A stretch of DNA of 64,000 bases from Eledone cirrhosa (GCA_964016885.1 OZ024742.1:56358001-56422000), one strand, 5' to 3'. Shown: positions 14,089 to 26,939, counted from the stretch's first letter. Notes: a model not told the origin generated them from the letters alone. Numbers and translations are program-made.

Positions 14089-14578
14089 GAAGTAATTCCA
14101 TCGGAAAAGTCCAGGAAAAAAGAGTGCTCTATGTAGGCAACAGAGCTTAATTATTATTATGTAATAAACAACATAAGGCAATTATTCCATTTACCAGTGG
14201 TTTCTTAAAAGCAAAAGGTTTTGCTTTCAATCCTCAGAATGAAAAATCCTGGTTTGTTTATTGAATTTGGATTCTAAAAACAAAAATGCAATCTATATGA
14301 AAGTGAGGCTGGAAAAGGGAGAAGGAAAGGAAAAATAAAATAAAACTACACATGCAAACACACACACAAAAAAACACAAAAGCATACTTACACACACATA
14401 CATATATACATATATATAAATGTACGCATATATATATACATATACACATATATATATATAAAACGTACACCTACACACACATACACATATATACACACAT
14501 ATACACATACATACATTCATACATACACACACACACACATACACACACACACATATATATACACATGTACATATACAC

Positions 14579-14631
<53 letters not shown>

Positions 14632-15045
14632 TACACACACACACACATGTGTGTGTACAAGCATACACATACACAAACATAGCCATACACACACACATAT
14701 ATATATACACATACATACATTCACACAAACATACAACGTACATACATACACATACATGAATGCACTCCTCTACATATTCACACACGCAAATAAATATAAG
14801 AAAAAAATATATAAATATATATTAAAAAATTTTTGACACCGATACATGCCCCAGCTAACAGGACAGACACACGTGGTAAGTAATACACACAAAAGCACAT
14901 ATACATACGTACGAAATAGTAAACACATACACACACTCTCACACATAAATATACATATACAAATACATAAACACGTACATACACATACATACACAAACAC
15001 GCACACGTATATAATATAAACACACACATGTATATGTAATTATAT

Positions 15046-15078
<33 letters not shown>

Positions 15079-15208
15079 CATACAAAAATATAAAAATATA
15101 AACGCACACACACACACACACATATATATACGTAAACACACATATACATACATAGCTAAACAATTATACACATGCAAATACGTATATATCAAAAGCACGC
15201 ACAACCAA

Positions 15209-15275
<67 letters not shown>

Positions 15276-15549
15276 TAAAAATAAATAAATACACACGCAC
15301 ACATATACATACATACATATATATACACACACACATATATATATATATATACACACATACACGTACACATACACACATGCATACACATACACACACACAT
15401 ATACATGTGTGTATGTGTAAAACTCAGTATTAGATAAGACAAATGAACCTTACATAAACGTATATATAGTAGTAAAGTAATAAAGCAACACAAGGCAATT
15501 AATCCATTCAGCAGAGGTTTCTTGAAAGCAAAAAAAGTTTCCTTCAATC

Positions 15550-15614
<65 letters not shown>

Positions 15615-15640
15615 GGGAGAGAGGGGGAGAGAGAGAGAGT
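13860..15640. repeat. Compound (TA)n/(CA)n/(GA)n microsatellite field
   Basis: Directly visible; source of the spurious YI/CV/TH ORFs. Confidence 0.95.
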
Positions 15641-15894
15641 GGGGATTAATATATAAAACAGACTAAATATACAAATCTAAGAAAAAGTCATAAAGACCGC
15701 TGGATTTAGAAGCCACGGCTACATAATAAGAAATAATGCATGACGTAAAATTAACGTCTCAAATAAAATCGATTTCATGATATTTAGTTATTTTCTCAGT
15801 GTCAGCAATTTATGCTGTCAACTAACCATGTTTGATGAGATTTTAAGGTCAACAGATTTCACTGACTACTTATGTGCAAACGTTTGTTATATAA

Positions 15895-16045
15895 GATGGC
15901 GAATTCGCAGAGTTGTAAGAATGTCGGAGGATAGGATGCTTTGAGTTACTCGTTCTGGTTCTCGAAGCTTCGCGTTCAGATACCGTCAAGTTCAACTTTA
16001 TATTTCATCCTTTCGAGGTCGATAAATATTGTGCCAGTCCATTAC
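15895..16045 (+). mobile_element. Old diverged family A-like SINE
   Basis: GGCG head, GTTCAGATACC B-box-like sequence, TTTCATCCTTTCGAGGTCGATAAA core. Confidence 0.55.
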
Positions 16046-16189
16046 TACAATCGATTCTTCCAGTATATCTTTATTTCTTCCCGACTCACTCAATATTTCT
16101 TTTTTTTATATTTAAAGAAGCCGGTTGTGCCCAGAACGCTGGAGAGGGACGAACTCCAAGACACGTCGTATATCACTACGTCTTCTGTA

Positions 16190-16573
16190 ACCTTATAAAA
16201 AGTGCATTAGGCTGATCACATCAAGGGGAAATCTGACATTGTTTTAGGCAGATGAAACTGGTTTCTTTGAACGTATACTAGCCCAACATGAGTATTGGGT
16301 TCATCACTTTGAGCCAGAGAGACAAAGAGACAACCCATGCAGTATAAATACCCCTTCTCACTGCTCCAAACAAGGCCAAGGTCGTTTCATCTGCGGTGAC
16401 ATTTTTGACCATCAGGTTGAAAACCTCTTCTTGCAATGGAACCCAAGCACTGCAACACCGACAGAAGAAGTGTGTGGACCGCAAAGGGTAGTGTGTCGAA
16501 AAGTAAACGTCATTTGGTCACATTTCCTGAGAATATCTTGATCAGCCTATGAACATTTCAGACGACCCTTGTA
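16190..16573 (+). mobile_element. Internally deleted Tc1/mariner element
   Basis: Translates to KRQPMQYKYP..KAKVVSSA (cf. mariner KQQSMQW..KKAK) joined to QALQHRQKKCVDRKG*CVEK (cf. RWxKCVxxxGxYVE). Right end TGATCAGCCTATGAAC..CCCTTGTA; partial left TIR TAGGCTGATCA near 16207. Confidence 0.75.
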
Positions 16574-18586
16574 TAATTCTGCGCTAATGGTCACAGTCTA
16601 TGTCAGTGCTCCTCAGAGTTTGGTGTACGATTCACCACTGGGGTGTATCAACATTTTCATGGTGCTTGGAAGTTCAGAATAGGACGTATATAATATGCTA
16701 TAAACTAAGTTAGTCCTTTCATGGTGGAGCGGAATTTTTATTTTTTATTTTTCTTCTTTAAATCGAAGTTGTGTTTAGGACAATGCCGTTTGCGAACCAA
16801 TGGTCTATGTGTTTACAAAATACTATTAAACAATTTTTTATTATATCATGTCTATAACTGAAGATTCCTTTATTAGTGGGGAAGCAAACAATGCTTTGTT
16901 TTCTTTATATTTCAACGTTATTGAATCATAGATTATTCATTGATATCATATCACGAATTGAAGATCTACAATGAGACTATGAAATTTGGAATGGATTACC
17001 ATAGAAAGAAGATATTGGAATTACTGCTCTCAATTTATATGGTCCGTTGTAGTACAACTCTGAACAGGTCCGCTTATTTCAATATATTTTCTCTAGGGTA
17101 TTTAGCCGTTACATCGACTAAACGAAAAATAAACAATATTATTGGTTTATAACCAGTCAACTTGATACATGTCAGTAATGTACCAGGATCAACCGAGTTG
17201 ACATCTTATTCTTGAAATAATAAGTTTGTGATTTCTCAAAACAGAGCAATTTTATTGCAGACTGTCATTAATGTAAGGAATGAAAGAAGAGATTCTGCAA
17301 CCTAACTTTGGTTGACAGTAGTAGTATTTCATTAAAATATTATTAATAATATTGATATTATCGTCAAAACGCCTATATGTACTCCTTTATATCTATTAAA
17401 CTTTATGACAATTGTAAAGAATCAACGTAGCAACTATTTGTAATTACAACAAAAACAAGAAAAGGAGGCAAATATATGAAGAACGTAAATTTCTAAACAA
17501 AAATAAAAAATGTTTACTTTCTGAAATAATCAAATATTAGATCTTTAAAATGCCACACATCTCAAAATATCTATCATATAATACAAAAATGTTATAGAAA
17601 TCTGCATGAAAATAAAGAATTCTAGATCTCATTCAATAAACAATCATTTACAGCTGCAATGTGGAGTTTAATATTGCTGTGAATTGATTTTATCTTAAAA
17701 TGCCTTAATAGCTATATTCTGTGTTTCAACATTTCCAGTAAGTTATTCCTTAGATTAGAAATTCTCACAAAATGAGTTGAGTTGGCTACTTTTTGGGTTT
17801 TATTTGACGTATTAATGTGAAAACAAATCGTTCGATTCCTCGCTAAAGACTTCAGCAATTCAATATCAAAAAAAAGATATAAAGAAATCAGGTGATGAAA
17901 ATGGATGCAACAGAGCATTATTTGATATGTATAGATATACGAAGCATAGTTGGTTTAAAAGAAATTCGTATGGACGGAAAAAGAAAAACAGTTTATCAGA
18001 ATGGATTTCCAGTATCTTCGGAATGTTGTTCTATACCGTTGTTCTTGCATCGATCTCTATATCACACTATCAAAAATGTTTCAGGTTACATTCCTATAAA
18101 ACACCTGGCTTCACTTGGAGGAACTTAGTGGTATATTGATATCGCATTGTTCTGACTATTTGAAGAACTAAACAATTATAATAAGAGTATGGTTATCTAA
18201 CCTTTCAAATAACTTCCAGTATTGTTTGTCTCTAGATGTTTGAAAAACTAAACGGTTATAACAACCATAACATCTGAAAGTCCAATATTCTCTCAGCCCT
18301 AAGTGTTTATTACAGGAATGGCATATTAAAACATCTGACAACATTATCTCAAAAGAATCAAGTAAATATCGTAGTGTAGTTAATACGAATCATTGAGATA
18401 TGTAGTAAAATACCGATATCTTTTTTTAAAAGCCGGTACGATGCCGTAGAAAAATACGAAGGGCAAAAAAAAAACAACAAAGCAAAACAAAGAAATTTTT
18501 ATCAAGTGTATTTTAGCATGATAATTCAGGGCTAACCCTCTTTTCATATGTGAACCTGAAGCAGTCCAAGCAAAACAAACGAAGGA

Positions 18587-18816
18587 TCAGAGTTTTCTTC
18601 CCTCACTGGTGTGTGTTTGCAAAACGCAGTCGCTTGCTTGGGGTCGTAGCAGTAAACATTCTGCATCGAGCATTTCTGACCTATTATTTATCTCTGGTAT
18701 TATTCGGCTGATGAAAACGGACTCCTTCATCCTTAAATTTCCCATATTTCTTTCAGACACGGGAAGGAAATTCTGATCGCTCGTTTGTTTTGTATATGAC
18801 TGTTTCACCATCGCAT
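18587..18816 (-). CDS. Candidate terminal coding exon of an unknown host gene
   Basis: Minus-strand acceptor CTCTCTTTTCAG followed by an open frame (AMVKQSYTKQ...EGRKL*) in non-repetitive sequence; no recognisable domain. Confidence 0.3.
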
Positions 18817-19111
18817 CTGAAAAGAGAGTAATAATCCTAAAATATCAAGCTAAAATATACTGAATAAAACATTACTTTGTTTTATTTGCCATCATGAGCC
18901 CTTCATATTTTTCTACCACATTATACCGGCTTTTAAAAAATATAGATATTTTACTACAAGTAAATATCAGTTTATACGGAATACTACTGGGACTATGGGA
19001 CTACACTTTACGATTAGGTAACAACTGAAGATTCGCTACAGAGTGCTCTTCAGGCACCGGAAATATATAAAGTTTGCAAACTAAATCTCCACAGCCGTAT
19101 CAGTATTTAAC

Positions 19112-19305
19112 AATGGTTTCTTATATAGGCACAAGGCCATCAACTTTTGGGGAGGGGAAAGTCGATTAAATCGACCCCAGTGCATTATTGCTGCTTTATT
19201 TTATCAACCCCGTAAAGATGAAAGGCAAAGCTAAACTCGGGGGGATTTGAACTCAGATCCTAAAGGGCTGTAACTCTATGCTACCGATACTGCCAATACC
19301 CCGCC
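19112..19305 (-). mobile_element. SINE family A with target-site duplication
   Basis: Family A consensus; 14-bp direct repeat GTATCAGTATTTAA at 19097-19110 and 19312-19325. Confidence 0.9.
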
Positions 19306-20198
19306 CTGTCAGTATCAGTATTTAATAATAAAAATATATCACTCCCATCCCAATTTAGATATTTCACGGAAATCGAACTGCTTTTGTTTTCTATCATGAT
19401 TCGAAACTAAGCATGAATACAGATATGATTATTTCATCTCTATTGTTCAGAGAATGAGAAAGGAAAAGCAAGTTTCTTTGTTTTGTATATTTACATATAA
19501 ATCCAACCAGTATTGGTTAATATTGCTTTATAAAATTTTTATTTGCATATTGTTCGAAGGCAACGGAATAATTAGGGATGCAATTAAACATGTATTTCCA
19601 GAGCATTTTCTTATAATGAGGACTGCTATATAATCATCTTTTAGTCTCGAAGCCAACCGCCACAAGCTTCAGAGTAGCCAGAAAAATGTATAGGAAAATA
19701 CTAAAATTTCTGATAAAAGGTTATAATTAAGTGATATCTTTCAAACTTCGGAAATAGAATAATGGAGATAACACGACTTAGAATATCTTCGCTTATTTGC
19801 AAATCGTTATTCAATTTCATATGAATTTGCATAGTTAAATGGCAACTGTTATATACACAATCCGTTATGCTTATGAATTATTAGCTAAAAGAAAACAACT
19901 TTAGGTAAAAAGTATTTTAATTGCATATTATGGACTTAGCCTCTGATGTACATAATAGGAGTATACTTGTTTCTATAATTATTGAATGAAGTTGAAGATT
20001 TACATATTCCGAGGATATGTGAGCAAACCATGTTTAAAATATGAAAATAGTTCCACTAGAACAGTGCAAATAGATTGAATAACTTATTGTAGGTATACTT
20101 CAAATAAATGTAATTATAATATGTACACATACAAACATACAAACAGACAAATATATTCACAAACATTTGACACACACACACACACATATATATAATAT

Positions 20199-20288
<90 letters not shown>

Positions 20289-20315
20289 TATATATAATAT
20301 ATATATATATAATAT

Positions 20316-20362
<47 letters not shown>

Positions 20363-20374
20363 TATATATAATAT

Positions 20375-20442
<68 letters not shown>

Positions 20443-20449
<7 letters not shown>

Positions 20450-20639
20450 CACACAGATACACGCGGACACACACATATATACATGAATGCATCCGCACCC
20501 AACTGTGAGTTAAGGGTGCCAACTTCACCGATGTTGCTCAATGAGCAACATCGGTGAAGTTGGCACCCTTAACTCACAGTTGGGTGCGGATGCATTCATG
20601 TATATATGTGTGTGTCCGCGTGTATCTGTGTGTTTCTAA
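20443..20639. repeat. Perfect palindrome, 98-bp arms, 1-nt spacer at 20541, abutting (TA)n
   Basis: TTAGAAACACACAG...GTTGCTCA a TGAGCAAC...CTGTGTGTTTCTAA. Confidence 0.95.
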
Positions 20640-20908
20640 ATATATTAATAACTCCCTCTGGTCGAGCAATCTTTGAAGTGTGGGGACAACTGGAAAGCTT
20701 CCATTACTCATACTTCTCGCCTTCTTCACTACCTCTTCTACGGCCTCGATATGAATACCCCCTCCGCCTCCGTGGTATCTTCTTCGTGGTTATAGGAGGC
20801 TTAGCTCTGTTTCTCGACCGTTATATCGCGTGACTATCTCCCCCTCCGCCTTTTGGGATTCTTTCTCACGTCGTGTAGACGCGTTCTTGAGACTAGTAAA
20901 ATGAGGTA

Positions 20909-20996
20909 TCCTCTTGATAAGTTGGCAGACCTCGCAAGGACTCTATATCTTTGATATATTGTTTTTGTTTATGCCACGAAACTACGTAGTCGAGGA
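20909..20996 (+). ncRNA. Type I hammerhead ribozyme, U3-A8 core variant
   Basis: UCCUC-UUGAUAA-GU(U)GGCA...UGCCAC-GAAAC-U-ACGU-A-GUC-GAGGA: 5-bp stem I, closed stem II, stem III with palindromic ACGU loop, GUC triplet (cut after 20991). Confidence 0.8.
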
Positions 20997-21093
20997 ATTT
21001 AGGAGCAGTTTAGGTATGATACATTTTATTACTAATTATATCTAAATGTTTCTTCTCTCTTCATAATGTATATATATATATATATATATATAT

Positions 21094-21209
21094 AGTTTTA
21101 ATATAGAAGAGCTTCTACGGGACTAGAACTGTTTCATCAGGGAGCTGCCTGATGATTTCTCACGAATGAAACAGTTCTAGTCCTGTAGAAGCTCTTCTAT
21201 ATTAAAACT
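21094..21209. repeat. Fold-back element next to (TA)n with a degenerate HHR core in its right half
   Basis: Arms of ~43 bp (AGTTTTAATATAGAAGAGCTTCTAC.../...GTAGAAGCTCTTCTATATTAAAACT); CUGAUGA-UUUCUCACGAAU-GAAAC-AGUUCUA-GUC at 21149-21182; stem I imperfect. Confidence 0.7.
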
Positions 21210-22082
21210 TGTATTACTCTGCTATGTATTGAGTAGCTTACTTACTGTGGTTACCTCTGATTCAACCTGGAATAACTTATATATATATATATAAGTTGTG
21301 TGTGTGTGTGTGGGGGGGGGGGGCTTAATTATGTATGTGAGTGTGTATGTGTAAGTGTTGGGCAATATATTTTCTGTAACGTATACTTCATTACTCATAG
21401 CTTCATATCTTTTAAATTTTAATGAGTATGTTAAATTCAATAGTTATGCCGCCTGTGAGTTGTACATGTAAGTATGCAATTCATGAGCACCTATAGAGAT
21501 AGCACATGATGTGAAGTTATAGTTCATTGTATAAACATAATTTAAAAGTCACCACAATGATCCTTTTATCTTGAATACATGGGAATATATATGTTTGCTT
21601 TCAACAATTTTGTATTCGCTAACAACAAATATTTATATTTGAATATACTGGTTCAACGTAAATATTTGTGTAATATATATGTGTAACGTTGGTGACGTTT
21701 CATTTGCATATCACACGCATATATTTCTTCCCTAATATCCTGCGTACACAATCACACACGCACACACACAGACAGACACACATACACACACACACACACG
21801 CGCGCACACAAATATCTATCTATATATATATATGTATAGCTTGTATATATGCATATATATATATATATGCATATATGTATATATATATGCATATATATAT
21901 ATATATAAATACAATATCGGAGAAAGCTTTTTAGCGATACTCCGGCCAAATTCCAACTCACTCAACAAACATTAGGAAATAAGTGATTATATTCCCAATT
22001 ATACGTTCGGGGTGCTAACTAAATGTATTGCGTGGAAAATTGGCTGTATTATTTCATATGAGACATATCTAATATATCTCTT

Positions 22083-22209
22083 CCCAGACGGACGTCTCGT
22101 TTCATTATAGGATTCCTACAATTTGGGTGAAATTATGCCAATGTATGTAGGAGCTTGTATACCATCAATAGATATATATTCAAGTGGGCTCCTATAATTC
22201 ATCAGTGGG
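22083..22209 (-). ncRNA. Type I hammerhead ribozyme with long branched stem II (copy A)
   Basis: Minus strand CCCA-CUGAUGA-AUUAUAGGA...UCCUAUAAU-GAAAC-GAGACGUCC-GUC-UGGG; lies in repeat ~21955-22315, homologous to ~34545-34930. Confidence 0.88.
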
Positions 22210-23209
22210 TGCCCCAATAATATTAATATTGATAATCTAACCAACATCAGTATTTAGCGATAATCACCATCCTCTGTGCCTGAGGTATCTGTCAGGTAGC
22301 CAGTCCAGCAGTTTTAAAGAAGTGCTCAAACTGATTCAAAAGATGAGGAAGTAAATTACCGCCAAAAAAACAATACATGCGCATGACAATGAATTCTGAA
22401 AGGAATTCAGGCCACGTGCTAAGAACTCAATTGGAAATTGAAAAAAGATCTGTGTGTACAACATTTGATGACACACACAGATATTTTCTCGGGCAAAATA
22501 ACAGAATATGCATATATATATATATAGATTTACATTTATATTCATATATATATATATGGTGGCTGCCAACTCGTTTTCGAGTACGGCCACTACTTTATAT
22601 CCATGTAGGAGAACACCTACCGATGGGCTGAACGAGTGTGACCTTTTAGTCCAGCCAGCGACTTGAAAACTCTGGTACAAACACTACACTTGTGTCAATT
22701 ATTGACACATAGTACTGGGCCCATGTGACGACAAGTGCAGAGAGATCTCCCGGTATAAAGCAATGCCTATGCCGTGAAGCTTTTATAGTGAGAAAATGCA
22801 CTGCACAAAGCCAGTCCCACTTTCTTAACCAAGATGATATTTACCAAAAAGAAGAACAAGTCAACATCATTGGATACCATCAGAGGTTGCAGGTGTTATA
22901 TCAGAGTTTTCCTTCTCCTAGAATTCTGCCTTGACAAAGGCTAAGGGGTCATCTCTCCCGGTGTTTTTGGATGGCCATTGACTCTTAAGAGCTCTTTTGG
23001 CCTTTGACAGGTTTTGTTTTTAGTCCTGCAGGATGTTCAAAGTCAGCCTCTACACCAAGAAACCTTGGTGGGGTTGCCAGTTTAGTCGCCAACGACGCGA
23101 CTATGAGACAGGTTGTACTGGGATACATGTTACCAGTAGCACCAACTGGTATGTATATATATATATATATACATACATACATAGATATCTATATATATAT
23201 ATATTAATA

Positions 23210-23288
23210 GGAAAATATTTAAGACCTCGACGGCAGAGCTCAAGCTGTCGAAATGGCTTGAACTATGCCGTCGGGGTGTTGAAAATAT
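23210..23288. repeat. GACCCCGACGG fold-back family (half-hammerhead palindrome); other copies ~23850-24015, 24715-24855, 26185-26380, 27250-27462, 51358-51500, 57648-57842
   Basis: Shared GACCCCGACGGCAGAGCTCAAGCCGTTTCGAC...GTCGAAACGGCTTGAGCTCTGCCGTCGGGGTC, usually with a ~100-nt tail (CCCACTCTACTACCCTAAGTATTGAGTACTCTGG...); always at (TA)n. Confidence 0.9.
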
Positions 23289-23324
23289 ATGCATATATAT
23301 ATATATACATTTACATTTATATTC

Positions 23325-23385
<61 letters not shown>

Positions 23386-23604
23386 AGTATGTATACGTAC
23401 ATACATATATATATACAGGTGTACAGTAATATGTGTATATATATATATATATATACATACATGCACACATATATATATATATGTACGTATGGATTCACCG
23501 AACATTTATTATAATGCTCGGTGTGTTTGTAAACAAACATCCAGAATTAAGCCGTACAGTGTCTAGCAACCATCATTGCACTTTTGTTCAACACTGGCAA
23601 AGGA

Positions 23605-23647
23605 ACGCTGTACTAGTTTCAAGCTTATTAGCTATCGTCAGCAACGT
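23605..23647 (-). ncRNA. Minimal type I hammerhead ribozyme
   Basis: ACGUUG-CUGACGA-UAGCUAAUAAGCUU-GAAA-CUAG-UA-CAGCGU: 6-bp stem I, palindromic CUAG loop, GUA triplet; U.U at the stem II base. Confidence 0.8.
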
Positions 23648-23884
23648 ATACCTTCCTGCCAGATGATTGAACGTCTGAAAGTATATACTTTCCTTATGCA
23701 TATTAACGGCTGAGCAGCCTAATTTGCATATCGAGTGAGTTTAAGTAAAAGCCGTACTACGAGTGAGAAATGAAATTCCGTTGCATTTTTTCCGTGTATA
23801 TATATATATACATACATACATATCTATTTATCTCTCTCTCTCTATATATTTAGAAAAATGTTCAAGACCCCGACGACAGGACTC

Positions 23885-24065
23885 TAGCTGTCGAAACGGC
23901 TTGAACTCTGCAGTTGGGGTTTTGAAAATTTTCCTATTACCCACTCTACTACCCTAAGTATTGAGTACTCTGGTACGTTATGGTCCACCTGGTTCCTTAC
24001 AACACTTCTTTCGTTATCTATATATGTATATATATATATACATACATATCTCTCTATCTCTCTCG

Positions 24066-24150
<85 letters not shown>

Positions 24151-24198
24151 TATACATATGTATGTATGTATATATATATATATATACATGTATGTATG

Positions 24199-24257
<59 letters not shown>

Positions 24258-24308
24258 GTATATAGGTATTTATATATTTATATATGTATATAGGTATTTA
24301 TATATTTA

Positions 24309-24344
<36 letters not shown>

Positions 24345-24351
24345 TGCATGC

Positions 24352-24426
<75 letters not shown>

Positions 24427-24442
24427 TAAATATATAAATACC

Positions 24443-24495
<53 letters not shown>

Positions 24496-24503
24496 ATATA
24501 TAT

Positions 24504-24540
<37 letters not shown>

Positions 24541-24552
24541 AATATTTAAATA

Positions 24553-24616
<64 letters not shown>

Positions 24617-24850
24617 CATGTATATATATATACATACATACATATATATACATATATATATATATATAGCGAGAGAGATAGATAGATATGTATGTATATA
24701 TATATATACATATATAGATAACGAAAGAAGTGTTGTGAGGAACCAGGTGGACCACAACGCACCAGAGTACTCAATACTTAGGGTAGTAGAGTGGGTAATA
24801 AGAACATTTTCAAAACCCCGACTGCAGAGTTCAAGCCGTTTCGACGGCAG
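23885..24850. repeat. ~1-kb inverted duplication centred near ATGCATGCAT (24344-24353), including mirrored microsatellite interruptions
   Basis: 23890-24070 is the reverse complement of 24665-24845; inner ATAGGTATTTATATATTTATA is mirrored by TATAAATATATAAATACCTAT. Confidence 0.85.
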
Positions 24851-25011
24851 AGCAATAATGATAAATGTGAAGAGTAAAATCCAAAGAGGGCTCGATAAGG
24901 ATAAATATATATCAAATATATAAGAACCCTAGAGCAAATATTTATTTAAATAACAGCTTAAAGTTTAAGGAAATAATCGCTGCTTTCACCCTTAATGAGA
25001 TCTTCTGAACC

Positions 25012-25057
<46 letters not shown>

Positions 25058-25368
25058 TTATATATATACATATATATATATACATATATATATATACTCA
25101 TACACACACACACATATATATATATGAACAAACATCTTTACATATATATGCATGTGTATAATATATATATATATATATATTAGATATATATATGTGAGGA
25201 AAACCACAGACCCTCCATCTGAACTCTACTTTAGAAAGTGAGGTTTTTTTACAAAATGAAAAATAACCTAGGTGTCCTACACGAGTGAAAATATAAAGAA
25301 AAAAAGATGAAATCGAAAATGCAACTGGAGTCTTCTTTAAAAAAAAAATATATATATTTATTTGATTC

Positions 25369-25404
25369 CTTTACCGGTTTCGCAGTTCTTCTGCTTTTCA
25401 AAAG
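25369..25404 (-). ncRNA. Ultra-minimal hammerhead motif, U3-A8 variant, in a fold-back element (~25100-25540)
   Basis: CUU-UUGAAAA-GCAG AAGAA CUGC-GAAA-CCGG-UA-AAG; identical at 50575-50610 (-), mutated at 51179-51214 (+) and 58935-58970 (+). Stem I has only 3 contiguous bp. Confidence 0.6.
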
Positions 25405-25980
25405 TAGAGTTGAGATAGAGGGTCTGTGGTTTTTCTCACATATATATATCTAATATATATATATTATACACATGCATATATATGTAAAGATGTTTATATA
25501 TATATATATGTGTGTGTATGAGTATATATATATGTATGAATATATATATAAGTATATATGTATATATTGGCGTGTGTAAGTAAATAGTAACTATATGTGT
25601 ACGTGTTAGTGTCTCTTGCCTTGAACTCTCTTCCCAATCCATTTCTTTCCTTTTTCCCTCTTTCGAGCAGTCACCTCTAATCAAATTGAACGTTTGTTTT
25701 CGCTTTGTTTTATTTTGTGTATTAGATTTTCTTTATAAGATTTCATTTGATCTGTTTCTCAATTCCAACGTTACACTTTTGTTTATCAGGCAAACAAATA
25801 CTAACACTATATTAAAAAAAACATTGATATATAATAAGATTGGTTTGGAGAATACCTCAAGCAGGAAATACCTAAGCTTCGAACCTCAACCTTTTGTTAA
25901 CTTTGATTATCAAAGTGTTAAATAATCAACACAAATTTTATTCTTATCTTTTATTCACACATAGACTTTTACACACACCT

Positions 25981-26110
<130 letters not shown>

Positions 26111-26376
26111 ATATTTATATTTATATATATATATATAGTGAGGGAATGGTCGGAAAGTGCTCTACTACGGAGATAGGAGGTAAATAACGAAGGAATTGTG
26201 GTAAGGAACCAGATGGACCATAACGCACCCGAGTATTCAATACTTAGGGTAATAGAGTGGGTAATAGGAAAAAGAATGACCCCGACGGCAGGGCTCAAGC
26301 CGTTTCGACGGCTATTCCTGAGTCCAAATATAGCCGTCGAAACAGCTTGAGCTCTGCCGTCGGGGTCATTCTTTTT

Positions 26377-26454
<78 letters not shown>

Positions 26455-26735
26455 TGTCTCTGCTTTTCAGCCCCATAGATTTTGTCTATTATATTCTTTT
26501 GTTAAACGGTGAACCCGGTCATTGAAATGATCATAGTTTAATAAACCTTTTAAGGAATTACACCAGTCCAGCCTCCTGATATTTTGTAATAATTAACTCC
26601 GTACTCGCACACCCAACAACGCAAACGAAGACGGGTGACTTGCATTACGTCGAGTGCTCTCCCTTATATAACATCGAGGTTGACCATACGGAATAAATAG
26701 TTCTATCCTGTGGTGAACCAACAAACCTAAATATA
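26455..26735 (+). repeat. Deleted copy of the HHR-bearing element at 49865-50150
   Basis: Shared TTTTCAGCCCCAT, GAACCCGGTCATTGAAATGATCATAGT, GTCCAGCCTCCTG, TTGACCATACGGAAT; the CUGAUGA half is missing. Confidence 0.8.
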
Positions 26736-26749
26736 TATATATACATAAG

Positions 26750-26935
26750 GGCGGTGGATTGGCAGTATCGGTAGAGGGTCGGATGCCATGCTTTGACACA
26801 TAGAATTACGTCCCTTGCCATTCTGAGTTCAAACCCCGCCGAGGTTAACTTTGCCTTTCATCCTTACGGGGTCGATAAAATAAAGTACCAGTAATGCACT
26901 GAGTAATTGCTGGCCTTGTGCCAAATGTAGAAACA

Positions 26936-26939
<4 letters not shown>
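26750..26939 (+). mobile_element. SINE family A, full length
   Basis: GGCGGTGGATTGGCAGTATCGG (A box), GAGTTCAAACCCC (B box), conserved core, tail GGCCTTGTGCCAAATGTAGAAACAATT. Confidence 0.92.

Noticed and set aside
17880-18139. Hydrophobic ORF as a host exon (also 43037-43261 and 47793-48014)
   Set aside because: No clear splice-site pairs or recognisable homology; lengths compatible with chance.
19020-19078. CUGAAGA...GAAAUAUAUA as an HHR
   Set aside because: Stem I and the stem II base do not pair.
24940-25012. Repeat shared with 59340-59410; minus strand CAGAAGA-hairpin-GAAAGCAGCG as a possible HHR
   Set aside because: Core has A at U4 and I could not form stems I and III; real repeat, ribozyme unsupported.
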